Shown here in pieces: positions 1 to 13,214 of a stretch of 64,000 nucleotides of DNA. The translations under genes were made by a program, and so were the position numbers. Origin of the DNA: Mytilus californianus (taxonomy: Eukaryota); assembly GCF_021869535.1 (NCBI RefSeq), contig NW_026262743.1:1-64000 (forward strand), in the 5' to 3' direction. The notes under the pieces were generated by a model. It ran no database searches, had not been told where the DNA came from, and worked only from the letters and a program-made list of their open reading frames with translations. Numbering within the stretch: position 1 is the first letter of the stretch; each line of letters opens with the position of its first letter.

Positions 1-151
1 TCTTTTCGTCATCTGATTGACCAGATATAATGTTTTTTCTTAAGAAATACCCCCTCCCCCTTTTTCCTCTTTTTCACTTTTTAACCTTTTGAAGTGTAAT
101 TGTGACAGTCGTTCCCCAATTAATTTTTGCATGTTAATATTTTACATAATA

Positions 152-566
152 ATATCAGGTCAATAATTTTTAATCAATTTTGTGTACCTTACCTCGGAGA
201 TTTTAGGGGGAATGGGACTTCAATACTTAATTGAAGTGATAGGACATGCCGCTGGAATATGTCACATTTTTGGCTTGAAAATATATGTATATAGGTGGGG
301 GAAACTTTGAGAAATACATGATAGGGTCAATACCGTTTCATTGCTTGTTATATATAAAGCCATCCAACTTTCTAGGTGCTATGACTGGGTTTTTTATCCA
401 TAAAATTCACATCTTTTGACAGAGGTATACATTTTTAAAACTAATTCATATGAAAAGAATATCAGCGGCATCCCCTATCAATTAAGTATTGAAGTCCTCC
501 CCACCCCCAAAAATAATCCCCGAGGTAAGGTACACATAAATTGATTAAAAACTATTGACCGGATAT
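152..566. mobile_element. Foldback/MITE-like element with long imperfect terminal inverted repeats
   Basis: 152-197 (ATATCAGGTCAATAATTTTTAATCAATTTTGTGTACCTTACCTCGG) is the near reverse complement of 520-566. The inner arms ~217-262 (GGACTTCAATACTTAATTGA...GCCGCTG) and ~459-498 also pair. Confidence 0.7.
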
Positions 567-1378
567 AGTTACATGACTTTTTGGAATATAGATATAAACA
601 TCCAAAAATTAGTTAAGTCATCTGATATTCTCATCTTCCTAGATCATCTAATTTAATTAAAATATCATATCTATATGAATGGCATTACATCTGTCTTTTT
701 GTAAAAACTATTTATATTTACACGGTATCTATTCTGAAATCCTAATGCTTGAAATAAAAGGTATATATAATGGCTATAAGCAACTGTAACCTTTTCATCC
801 CCCCCCCCCCAAAAAAAAAGTTAAAAATAATTGCGTCCCTACTCATTACTTCTTCACGCGAACCCCAAGTCCCACTTATATTAAAAAAAACTATTCTTTA
901 AACGTTGATCGTACTAGTATCCTTTTCAAATGGAATTTATCTTTTTTATCCAAGAGAGAGAGGGAATTTGTAAAACATACTACTTTACCGAATAACTGTA
1001 ACACATGTACTTTTAGTCTGGGAATATATAAGTCAGCAGTTTATCTTGATAACATCAAATTAATAATGTCAAAACTGTTGTAACTGCATGAATCAGGTTT
1101 TCTAACCACAAAGATATCAAATGCCAAGCCTATCCTTGATGTAAAAATTCTGGCGGGATCTTTACTGGTATTCAGTAGAACAACTTGAATAATAAACTCA
1201 TGATTTTTTTTATATTAACTAATTAGTTAAAAGTAGATATTTTTGTAATGCTTTCGTACAAATTCATTCAATACGTGTGATTTTATTATTATCATAACTG
1301 ATGTGCACATATTATCTTTTTTTTTAAATTATTCTTGTGCTTTCCTTCTAATAATTTGGAAACTTACAGAACATGAGA

Positions 1379-1624
1379 AAGGGGACGACCATTTGATATT
1401 ATTTTAGGGGGAGAGGGATGGACAGTTTGACTGATCAATTATTTACATCTTTTACTAAGAATGTTTTATTTTTATTATTTTTTACAATAGTTTCGAACAT
1501 TCTGCGCTGCAGCAAAACATTTTCTGTCCATCTTGAGCAAATTCTTTATTTTCAGCTCATACCAAGCCAGATTTAACATTTTCCTAATCCTATACCCCAA
1601 CAGAAAATCAAATGGTCGTCTCTT
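1379..1624. mobile_element. Small MITE-like element
   Basis: Left end AAGGGGACGACCATTTGAT and right end ATCAAATGGTCGTCTCTT are near-complementary. No coding capacity. Confidence 0.55.
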
Positions 1625-1796
1625 TATAATTCAAAGTAAATATTATGAAAACAAAATGTCATCAAGGACAGACTTTAGATATGAATAAAAAGAAAAATGG
1701 CATGTGCATTGACAAGACAGTAACTCAATGACAAACATTTTTTTTTATATATTAGTGACTCCAGAACAATAGCTTAAAAAGTATACAAAAAAAAGT

Positions 1797-1994
1797 CATG
1801 TAAACTGAGAGGAATAAAGCCTGACATCAAACTGAAATTGCTGATTTACCCCATGGAGGCAAACGCATTCGGATAATGACTAAATCAAATATGTATACAT
1901 GTAAACTGAGAGGAATAAAGCCTGACATCAAACTGAAATTGCTGATTTACCCTATGGAGGCAAACGCTTTCGGATAATGACTAAATCAAATATG
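1797..1994. repeat. Two-copy tandem duplication, 101-bp period
   Basis: CATGTAAACTGAGAGGAATAAAGCC...CAAATATG occurs at 1797 and 1898, with two substitutions. Confidence 0.95.
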
Positions 1995-2220
1995 CTTGAA
2001 TTCATTATTTCTAAGTTCTACCACAACAGAGGTCTTTGAACATGCACTGATAAACCTTGACTCGGAATAGGATATCAGGGTTGGAGTAACCTCCCTTTGT
2101 TTAATTCTGTTTATTATTTAACTTATATTTCTCTATTGTAAACACAATCTTACTTTCGGGGAAGGTTACATGTGCCTACCGTTCTCTCTTATTTCCTATG
2201 AGTCAATAATCCCCGTCCAT

Positions 2221-2465
2221 AGAATGTGTCCATAGTACACGGATGCCCCACTCGCACTATCATTTTCTATGTTCAGTGGACCGTGGAATTAGGGTCAAAA
2301 ATCTAATTTGGTCTTTAAATGAGAAAGATCATATCATAACATGTGTACTTAGTTTCAAGTTGATTGGACTTCAAGTTCATCAAAAACTACATTGACCAAA
2401 AACAGACGAACGGACGCACATACCAGAAAACATAATGGCCTCTAATATCGTAGGTGGGGCATAAA
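2221..2465. mobile_element. Short interspersed HINE-like repeat (internally deleted)
   Basis: AGAATGTGTCCATAGTACACGGATGCCC ... GACGAACGGACG ... GGTGGGGCATAAA resembles an abundant mussel repeat as recalled. Family assignment is from memory. Confidence 0.45.
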
Positions 2466-2955
2466 CATGTTTACAAAGGAGCAGATTGCAGATTAACTAT
2501 ATAGTTAATAGGTGCAAAAAAGTGCAATGATTTGTTTTCAATTCTTACTTGATTACAAAACCATAATACTATCAATATTGTTCTTTCTACAAAAGGACAA
2601 ACAATCGTCCTGAATATGCATGAAATATTAAAACATGACGTTCAGCAACCAACAATTATTCATACACTGAGGAACATACATTTGTGTATTCCGTGTGAAC
2701 ATGACGTTGTCTCCTTTTTTTTTTTTTTTAGGGGGGGGGGGGGTCTATTATTTCTTCATAAATAGGCACAAATATTTCTCTTGCACCTTAAATTCTCCGT
2801 TTGATTAATACAAAAATGGGCACCGATATATTTCTAATTTCTAATTGACTAGATGAATTAAAGACACCTTGAGACATCTATAACACCTTTTTTTTTTTAC
2901 CTATACACGTATTTTGCTGTGTTGGTAAACGTTTTCAGAGATTCATGAAAACTTC

Positions 2956-5900
2956 TAACGAGCTTGAAACAAAGCTAGTTTATTCAAGAAAAAATACAAA
3001 TAAGGAGAATTTGTATTATTGCTAATGAGACAACCGAAGTGCATGTATGCAACTATAGTCAACACCACAGCCTTCAACATTGAGGAAAATCCATACTGTA
3101 TATATAGAGGTTTATAGAACATAAATGTATGTTTGGCGCTTTCAAACAGTATGAAACATGTACATTCATAAAAACAAAAAAAGTTTAATGAGTTTGTTAA
3201 CTAGTGGGACATAATTGTTCAATGAAAGGGTATTAATGGTTTTATATCGAGAACATGTCAATGTTTTGCACGTTTAAGTAAATATACATTTTCGAGATTC
3301 ATTTAATGCTTCAATCGGACTTAAGTACGTGTTTAAAATTGCCTAATGTCTTAAATTTCCAATTTGTGTTAATATTTTATGAATAGAAATCGATTTTCTT
3401 TACACTATTTTTTTAACAAAGTCTGCTGGACGTCTTAGGTTATAGTATCAAGTCCTTTGCTTGAGATGGACGGCTGTTTAACTGTGCGGAATGTATAAAT
3501 ACGCGGCCACGTTAGATCGGAACTTGGACGTAACATCACAAGCTTCATGTATATGGTGTCACTCTCTTTGCATGCGTAAGAACCATTGAGGGGTTGGTTG
3601 ACATGCTGGTGAACTGTTGCTAGATAAAATGTCTATCCTTATCAATACTTTAGTGCTCCAATTCTTAACATTCACACAGATCAGCCCTTTCAACATATTC
3701 AGGATATCGTATCCTTTACATGCATGACATATTTGACACTGGACATAAAACCATCAACTATCAATCCTAGTATTGCTGCAGCGAACAGATCAAGTGAAAA
3801 AAATAATGAAGGTTGGTCCTTAACGATTTCATTAGCACATACAAATTGTATATTAATCACATATACATATATCTGTATACAGTCCTCTGTTCTCGCATCT
3901 TTCTATATATCCATCACAGTAGCTCTGGTAAAAAAAAACATTTGAATTCGTGTATTCTTTTGAATGGTTTCTATTGAATTATGACAGGTTCTGGTTTATG
4001 ACAGATATCGATGACTATTTTAAAATTGAATAAATTTCCTGAAAGTGTGAAGTTTAAAATCAAATTTGTCCTTTTTAAATTTGAACATTTGTTTTTACCA
4101 GAGAACAGAAGTCGAATGAAGAAATACAAAAAGCACAGCGTTAAGATATTTTTGTATCGGAAGTTTGCTTTTACTATCTTTGCTGAACCACGATTTTATG
4201 ACGGAAAGACTCCGGAACATCTCGTAATTGGTCACATCAACAAATTGAAGTGAGGGGGATTGGGGGACTGTAAGCAAAAGCAAAGTGTTTCAAAATAGGA
4301 TATATATATACCTTCACCATCTGATAAGAATAAACATATTTTATTTTATATTTTAGTGATGTGTCTGTAAGTATAATGACAGAAGTAAACTCAATAGATA
4401 TAAGAAGATGTGGTACGAGTACCAATGAGACAACTCTCCATCCAAGTCACAATTTGTAAAAGTAAACCATAGTAAGTCAAAGTACCGTAACCGTTTTCAT
4501 ACGGAACTTTGGCCCACACCGAACAGCAAGCTATAAAAGGCCAAAAAACTAGTGTAAAATCATTCAAACGGGAAAACCAACGGTTTAATCTATATAAAAA
4601 AAAAACGAGCAACACTTATGAACCACAACAACAAACGACAACAACTGAACATTGACCGCAGGTTCCTGTTTTAGGACAGGTGCAGACAAATGAAGCGGGT
4701 TTAAATGTTTAAATAGGTACCAGCCTTCACCCTTACCTGGAACAAGCCTGTTTAATATGAATCGGGAACATATTAGTATTTGGACAACTTCTGCTTATAT
4801 ACTCATATTGCCGACGATACGTGTATGGTCCGGGTAATTAACACGATCAACGTTGATAAGGTGTACAACATAAAGTTAAGAATTTCTCAAAAATTAAATT
4901 TTGACACAATCAATCATATTGTAGCCATTGCTACATGATTAATTTAATAATGTGAATATTACTTGGAATAAATATTATAGTTAACTATATGTTAAGTGGC
5001 CATTATCAATTTTCCATAAGAATCGCAATCTGTCGACTTTGGAAAATTACATTTCATTTAGAAAAATTAAAGTTCATTCAAGAAATATCTAAATGAACTG
5101 TAAAAAAGAAAATTTTGTAACTTACTTGAACTTTGTTCTTTGAACACTACAGATTTCTCCTTTGTTTAAATTTTATTTGGTGTTTGAATTTGTTTTAAAT
5201 AAATTATCATATCTAAACGTTTTAGCTCATTTGATAATTTTTTCATGACCCCATATATTCCCATCTTACAATGACAGTAAGTTAATATTAATAGGAGCAA
5301 GAATACATCAGTTTCAAGAAAAAAAGTAGAAATAACAATTGAAAAACTAAGAAAACAGAAAAAAAACATGCCCCTCCTGCACGAGATGTCATTTAAGGGC
5401 GAAAATCGGCAGTATAAAGCAATTTATTTTAGTGACTAAGCAAATAAAAGATAACAGATACAATAACAGTCTGACAATATGTTAGACAATGATTTGTGCT
5501 GTGTGTGCCTGCAAAAGAAGCATAATTATGGTCTTGTTAAAATTGAGAATTGAAATGGGGAATATGTCACAGTGACAAACAAGCCGTCCAAAGAGCAGAC
5601 AACAGCAGATGACCATATACGCATATGGTCCTTCTACTCATATGGTCCGGACACCGTATAAGATTTCGTGAGCCCATAGCAAGAGTAAAGGGTGAACGGA
5701 ATCCCTGCTCAAATAAAGCAAACTGGCAAACGCATTGGCTAGTAGTCAAGTGAACATCTATAACAGACATTTATACATAGGTTGAGAAACTCTTCTTACA
5801 AAATATAAATGAATGGACACACAAACGCTAGAATGGGTAGTTCTTTTTTAGTAATATGATGTAGCAATGGGATGCAATCTTATCCCAACTATATATCCAG

Positions 5901-8900
5901 TAAGCAAAAATTGACTTAACCCCAATAATCGAGACATAACTTTTCATCTTTTGGTAAATGTTTGCCATAATCTAACTAATATGATATGTGTAGAGCTCTT
6001 TTTGAATTGTTATTACAAAATACTTTCCACTAAAGTTTAATGTTGTATGAAAAAGTACTTTCTTAACGAGCTTGAAACAAAGCTAGTTTATTCAAGAAAA
6101 AATACAAATAAGGAGAATTTGTATTATTGCTAATGAGACAACCGAAGTGCATGTATGCAACTATAGTCAACACCACAGCCTTCAACATTGAGGAAAATCC
6201 ATACTGTATATATAGAGGTTTATAGAATATAAATGTATGTTTGGCGCTTTCAAACAGTATGAAACATGTAGATTCATAAAAACAAAAAAGTTTAATGAGT
6301 TTGTTAACTAGTGGGACATAATTGTTCAATGAAAGGGTATTAATGGTTTTATATCGAGAACATGTCAATGTTTTGCACGTTTAAGTAAATATACATTTTC
6401 GAGATTCATTTAATGCTTCAATCGGACTTAAGTACGTGTTTAAAATTGCCTAATGTCTTAAATTTCCAATTTGTGTTAATATTTTATGAATAGAAATCGA
6501 TTTTCTTTACACTATTTTTTTAACAAAGTCTGCTGGACGTCTTATGTTCTAGTATCAAGTCCTTTGCTTGAGATGGACGGCTGTTTAACTGTGCGGAATG
6601 TATAAATACGCGGCCACGTTAGATCGGAACTTGGACGTAACATCACAAGCTTCATGTATATGGTGTCACTCTCTTTGCATGCGTAAGAACCATTGAGGGG
6701 TTGGTTGACATGCTGGTGAACTGTTGCTAGATAAAATGTCTATCCTTATCAATACTTTAGTGCTCCAATTCTTAACATTCACACAGATCAGCCCTTTCAA
6801 CATATTCAGGATATCGTATCCTTTACATGCATGACATATTTGACACTGGACATAAAACCATCAACTATCAATCCTAGTATTGCTGCAGCGAACAGATCAA
6901 GTGAAAAAAATAATGAAGGTTGGTCCTTAACGATTTCATTAGCACATACAAATTGTATATTAATCACATATACATATATCTGTATACAGTCCTCTGTTCT
7001 CGCATCTTTCTATATATCCATCACAGTAGCTCTGGTAAAAAAAAACATTTGAATTCGTGTATTCTTTTGAATGGTTTCTATTGAATTATGACAGGTTCTG
7101 GTTTATGACAGATATCGATGACTATTTTAAAATTGAATAAATTTCCTGAAAGTGTGAAGTTTAAAATCAAATTTGTCCTTTTTAAATTTGAACATTTGTT
7201 TTTACCAGAGAACAGAAGTCGAATGAAGAAATACAAAAAGCACAGCGTTAAGATATTTTTGTATCGGAAGTTTGCTTTTACTATCTTTGCTGAACCACGA
7301 TTTTATGACGGAAAGACTCCGGAACATCTCGTAATTGGTCACATCAACAAATTGAAGTGAGGGGGATTGGGGGACTGTAAGCAAAAGCAAAGTGTTTCAA
7401 AATAGAATATATATATACCTTCACCATCTGATAAGAATAAACATATTTTATTTTATATTTTAGTGATGTGTCTGTAAGTATAATGACAGAAGTAAACTCA
7501 ATAGATATAAGAAGATGTGGTACGAGTACCAATGAGACAACTCTCCATCCAAGTCACAATTTGTAAAAGTAAACCATAGTAAGTCAAAGTACCGTAACCG
7601 TTTTCATACGGAACTTTGGCCCACACCGAACAGCAAGCTATAAAAGGCCAAAAAACTAGTGTAAAATCATTCAAACGGGAAAACCAACGGTTTAATCTAT
7701 ATAAAAAAAAAACGAGCAACACTTATGAACCACAACAACAAACGACAACAACTGAACATTGACCGCAGGTTCCTGTTTTAGGACAGGTGCAGACAAATGC
7801 AGCGGGTTTAAATGTTTAAATAGGTACCAGCCTTCACCCTTACCTGGAACAAGCCTGTTTAATATGAATCGGGAACATATTAGTATTTGGACCATCTGCT
7901 TATATACTCATATTGCCGACGATACGCATGATACGTGTATGGTCCGGGTAATTAACACGATCAACGTTGATAAGGTGTACAACATAAAGTTAAGAATTTC
8001 TCAAAAATTAAATTTTGACACAATCAATCATATTGTAGCCATTGCTACATGATTAATTTAATACTGTGAATATTACTTGGAATAAATATTATAGTTAACT
8101 ATATGTTAAGTGGCCATTATCAATTTTCCATAAGAATCGCAATCTGTCGACTTTGGAAAATTACATTTCATTTAGAAAAATTAAAGTTCATTCAAGAAAT
8201 ATCTAAATGAACTGTAAAAAAGAAAATTGCGTAACTTACTTGCACTTTGTTCTTTGAACACTACAGATTTCTCCTTTGTTTTAAATTTTATTTGGTGTTT
8301 GAATTTGTTTTAAATAAATTATCATATCTAAACGTTTTAGCTCATTTGATCATTTTTTCATGACCCCATATATTCCCATCTTACAATGACAGTAAGTTAA
8401 TATTAATAGGAGCAAGAATACATCAGTTTCAAGAACAAAAGTAGAAATAACAATTGAAAAACTAAGAAAACAGAAAAAAAACATGCCCCTCCTGCACGAG
8501 ATGTCATTTAAGGGCGAAAATCGGCAGTATAAAGCAATTTATTTTAGTGACTAAGCAAATAAAAGATAACAGATACAATAACAGTCTGACAATATGTTAG
8601 ACAATGATTTGTGCTGTGTGTGCCTGCAAAAGAAGCATAATTATGGTCTTGTTAAAATTGAGAATTGAAATGGGGAATATGTCACAGTGACAAACAAGCC
8701 GTCCAAAGAGCAGACAACAGCAGATGACCATATACGCATATGGTCCTTCTACTCATATGGTCCGGACACCGTATAAGATTTCGTGAGCCCATAGCAAGAG
8801 TAAAGGGTGAACGGAATCCCTGCTCAAATAAAGCAAACTGGCAAACGCATTGGCTAGTAGTCAAGTGAACATCTATAACAGACATTTATACATAGGTTGA

Positions 8901-9179
8901 GAAACTCTTCTTACAAAATATAAACGAATGGACACACAAATGCTAGAATGGGTAGTTCTTTTTTAGTAATATGATGCAGCAATGGGATGCAATCTTATCC
9001 CAACTATATATCCAGTAAGCAAAAATTGACTTAACCCCAATAATCGAGACATAACTTTTCATCTTTTGGTAAATGTTTGCCATAATCTAACTAATATGAT
9101 ATGTGTAGAGCTCTTTTTGAATTGTTATTACAAAATACTTTCCACTAAAGTTTAATGTTGTATGAAAAAGTACTTTCTT
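2956..9179. repeat. Head-to-tail tandem duplication of ~3.11 kb (copy A 2956-6063, copy B 6064-9179)
   Basis: Identical ORF-track entries are offset by 3107-3115 bp. Only scattered substitutions and small indels differ, e.g. GATACGCATGATACG near 7921 versus GATACG near 4816. Confidence 0.97.
4399..4745 (-). mobile_element. Abundant SINE-like repeat, 3' part (duplicated at ~7506-7855; related copies ~9395-9520, ~9925-10058, ~47220-47560, ~61170-61270, ~62180-62400)
   Basis: Recurring motif AAGAAGATGTGGT..GAGT.CCAATGAGACAACTCTCCA appears in both orientations across the window. The SINE class is an inference. Confidence 0.7.
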
Positions 9180-10937
9180 GTAAAATATATATGTTGACAG
9201 ACATAAGCTTATTGTACGATGATTGTCTAACGTCCATTGGCAAATATTTCACACGTTTTGGGACGACAACACAGTGAAAACATTTTTTGGATAAATACAT
9301 TTGGAATCTCAAATTGAATTACCTAACTTGAATAAAGAAAATTGCAGTATATTGCTGGGTAAACGAATAATTCTCGCAAACTTTTAAAGATATAAATAAG
9401 AAGATATGTGGTATGAGCGGCAATAAGATAATACTTCATGCAAGTAACAAAGTATAAAATATTATTAATTATAGGTCAAAGTACGGCCTTCAACACGAAG
9501 CCTTGTCTCACACCGAACAGCAGTATACGCGTATGGTCCAAATACTCATATCCTAATATAATATAGTATAATAAATACATTGTAAATTGCCTTTCAAAGT
9601 TCCTACATAAAGTAGCTATATAGGAACCTGCTACAAGTAAATAACGACACCGTAAAAGACTTCGAGAGCCCATAGCAAGAGTATACGGCTTGTACAGAGT
9701 ATGATACGCCGTGTTATGGAATTGTAACGGAAGAGGGGTGATTACACATCTTAATTACTCAAATATTAATATGAAATTTGCCTAACATACCAAAGATTAT
9801 TTGTAAAAAAAAATAACTATATGAGGTGATTAATTGTTGTAAAAAAATAAAATCCCAGTGGAACTTTAATTCCGTTTCTGATTTGTTTAATTTATACTTT
9901 TTCTATGAACGCCAAACTTACATGCTTGTTGTTCGGTGTGAGCCAAGGCTTAATTCGTGTTGAAGGCCGTGCATTGACCTATAATGTTTTACTTTTATAA
10001 ATTGTTATTTTGATGGAGAGTTGTCTCATTGGCACTCATACCACATCTTCCTATATCTACATAAAACCTACATAAATAAACAATCTTAAGTTGATGGTTT
10101 GTTTTTGGTATATATTAGAAAAATTGCCACATGCATGTTTCTCTTTTTCGATGAATAATTGATTTTTTAAAATGAAAAACATTTCGATGAAATAAAAATA
10201 CAATGTAGGTGGTGCTTAACTTTTGGCGGACTGTATATACATAAACACGTATGAACATTTTATGTAGACAAATTGTCATTTGCACGGTATTTAGATTTCA
10301 AATAAAACCCATATGAAGCATGTTAAGCAGTTCATGTATATCTTCAAATTTTATTTCTTTTAAGTCTGTTCCTATTCCAATATAGTATATTATGATGAGT
10401 TTATTTATATACTACTATAGACCCGCAGTTAGCATGTGTCATTGGTTTTGTATACATTTTGTTAAATTATCAGAAAGTACATCACTCCCAGCAGGTGCCT
10501 ACCGATAACATTATCAACAAACACAGATGTGAACCAAAGAAAATCACATCCTAATTATCTATGTTTACATTTTGAATTATAATATGATTAATATCATATG
10601 GCTATTTCTGTACAAGTGTTTACTCCATTGTGTTGTCGAACCATAAATATGCATATGAAGAACGTATTAGATACGGATCCCTTGTGTATACGCAGTCGAC
10701 GTTTTTTGTCTTCTCCTTGGAATACTTTTCTTCAAATTGGTTTTGATTTTATCTGAAATGACTGAGCCAGATAAATTCTCTAACAAAAATTAAAATGAAT
10801 GAAATCAAAATATGAAAATCATTTTAATTTATCAAACCCGTTATCAAAGTATCTGATACAAATGATGCCATTCTCTACCTGTAATCGACAGAAAAAGACA
10901 TTCCCATCACCTCATTTCCACTCTAATGGCAGTACTT

Positions 10938-11690
10938 AAAAAGGTTGAAACGTTATTTACCATTAAAGGGTCTTATTCTTTTTTACAACAGCTATATATT
11001 ACCCATTATTGACTACTGTTGTACAGTATGGGGTCTTACCACAAACAGAAATCTGGAGAGGATACATAAGCTCCAAAAACGTGCTGCAAGATTAATTTTA
11101 TCTATTTCTTTTGATTTTCAATCAACATTAATGTTTAAAAAACTTGCATGGATGACTATATTTACGAGGATACACTATTTTTAAGCTGTGTTAATGTTTA
11201 AATGTATGAATGGTCTAGCACCTGATTATCTATCTATTACATTTACTGCTTGTGCTGATCTTTATAATTATTGTCTTAGGTCGACAACATCAGGACTTCT
11301 TCATGTACCAAGGACCTAATTATGATTTTCTAAAAAGAACATTTAAATATTCTGGTCTTATTACCTGGAATAAGTTACCAAATAATATTTAAAGAAATAG
11401 ATAATTTAGATACATTTAAGACCAACTGTTCAAACTATTTTCTAACTGAACAGAATAAAGATGCACGAAACTGATGTATTTTTCTTCTTCTATTGAATGC
11501 ATATGTACTTATTCAATATTTAAGCTGCTATATTTAACTGTATTATGTATTTTATTTTGTATGTATTTTTATTTTATTTTTCTCTTTTCTATTTGTATTA
11601 ATAGTTTTTGAAGGCCTCATGGAAGATTAACATGTCATTGTTAAATGTGTTACCTTCGTTAAATAAAGAATTTTATTATTATTTATTATT
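10938..11690 (+). mobile_element. 5'-truncated CR1/L2-type LINE remnant (reverse transcriptase C-terminus plus 3' tail)
   Basis: ORF 10945-11184 reads LFYNSYILPIIDYCCTVWG...LERIHKLQKRAARLIL. After a stop it continues AVLMFKCMNGLAPDYL. Ends with AATAAA and an (ATT)n-like tail near 11660-11690. Confidence 0.85.
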
Positions 11691-13214
11691 ACTGATTTTC
11701 TTAGATTTTTTTCTGATTTATTATGATAAATCATGAGTAGTTCTGTTACTGTAAGTAGCTTGAAATGTCAATTTTATAAAAATAATGTATTTTGCCTGAT
11801 CAGAAATCATCAATACGAGATCATGACGTAGGATTCCCCTGAAGACTGAGACATCATTCCTTATTCTTTGGTTTCAACTGATATAACTGATTTTAGTCAA
11901 TACTTTTAAGTTTTATCCTGCATTAACTTAAGAAAAAGTATAAAATCATTTTATGATTTTTTTCTTATAGAAATATCTGACAAATGTATGTAGAAATATG
12001 CACATAATAAGCTTTTAAATGTAAAAATAGTTTCCAATTTAACTGGAATGTAGTGAACAAATTTTCTCCGATCAATTTATGCTGAGTAAAGATTTTCCCA
12101 AATAACAATAGGTTATTTACAAAATGCGTTTATATCTCTATGCCATAAAAAAAATGAAATGTATAAATACTTTGTGTTGCAATTTTGACTGGCACCCATA
12201 ATTCTACAAATTTCATCTGTGAAGCATGAAATATCCGCCTCAATCGCATAGAATTGTAATGCCGATTTTTACACAGGCTATTGACAGGACGTAATAAGTA
12301 TTGTCATACTGCAGTTATCAGTTTTTGTAAAGAAATTGATTGTTAATCTCCCGTTGTTAGATTTATAACCGATTTTACAGTGTTTTTAGAAACATGTTTC
12401 TGTGAATTTGCATTATTTGCCGTCTATAATTTGTTTACAGAATTTATAAATTGAATATAAACTCGCAATTGACCTCCACGTGCATTATTGCTATGTCGTA
12501 GACTGATAAACTAGTATCAAACAAAATGATTCTTTCTTGTCAATAACATCCAACTTTAAATAATCTTCAGTCAAGTCTGATTTATATACTCAATGTGTGT
12601 AATAATACTCGTAATTCCAACCCAGGTCCATAAATTCCTACATGTAAATTTCTCGATTTTTTCCGACATGAAATAACTATTATTAATTGAACATCGGTTA
12701 TTAATTTATTTCCTGTTTAATATTCAATTTTAAAGTTCGACTTAGGCATTCGGCTTCTATGTATTCTTCCTTAAGTCACTAAGATATTTGGAGACAAATT
12801 GTTTCAGTGATTGGTGGATATTTATTACTTAATATCCAGTGGCAAATATCAAGGGTGAGGATTTAATTGTTCAAGACAAGCTACAAACTAAATAGAAACA
12901 TAATATTTCTTGGTATCATGTAAGTATATTATGTAACACTGGCAGGACGACGAAAAAGCCTATTTCAAATATACTGTAAAGATAATAATCTACATATTTA
13001 AAAAAAAAGCATGAGCTAATTAGAAAATGAAGAAACGTAAACAGCATAGGAAAATGGGAGTTTGTTATACAACTTTCTATTTTATATAACTTATTATAAT
13101 AATGAGTTGTCTTCCTTTCAACTTCGTTTAAGACAAACGTTGTTATCTCCCATGTCAGTTTTGACAAGAAGCGTCTAAGAGAGACAACTCCACTTTGATC
13201 CTATATTTCAATTA

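Noticed and set aside
3724-8885. Pairs of identical short ORFs suggesting a duplicated gene cluster
   Set aside because: No domain signatures or splice structure. They overlap interspersed repeats and are duplicated only because the DNA is.
12330-13210. Possible inverted 5' part of the Tx1/L1 element (twin priming)
   Set aside because: Only vague resemblances on the minus strand (LNEVERKTTHYYNKLY; GIYGP; FCLILVY). Too decayed to support.
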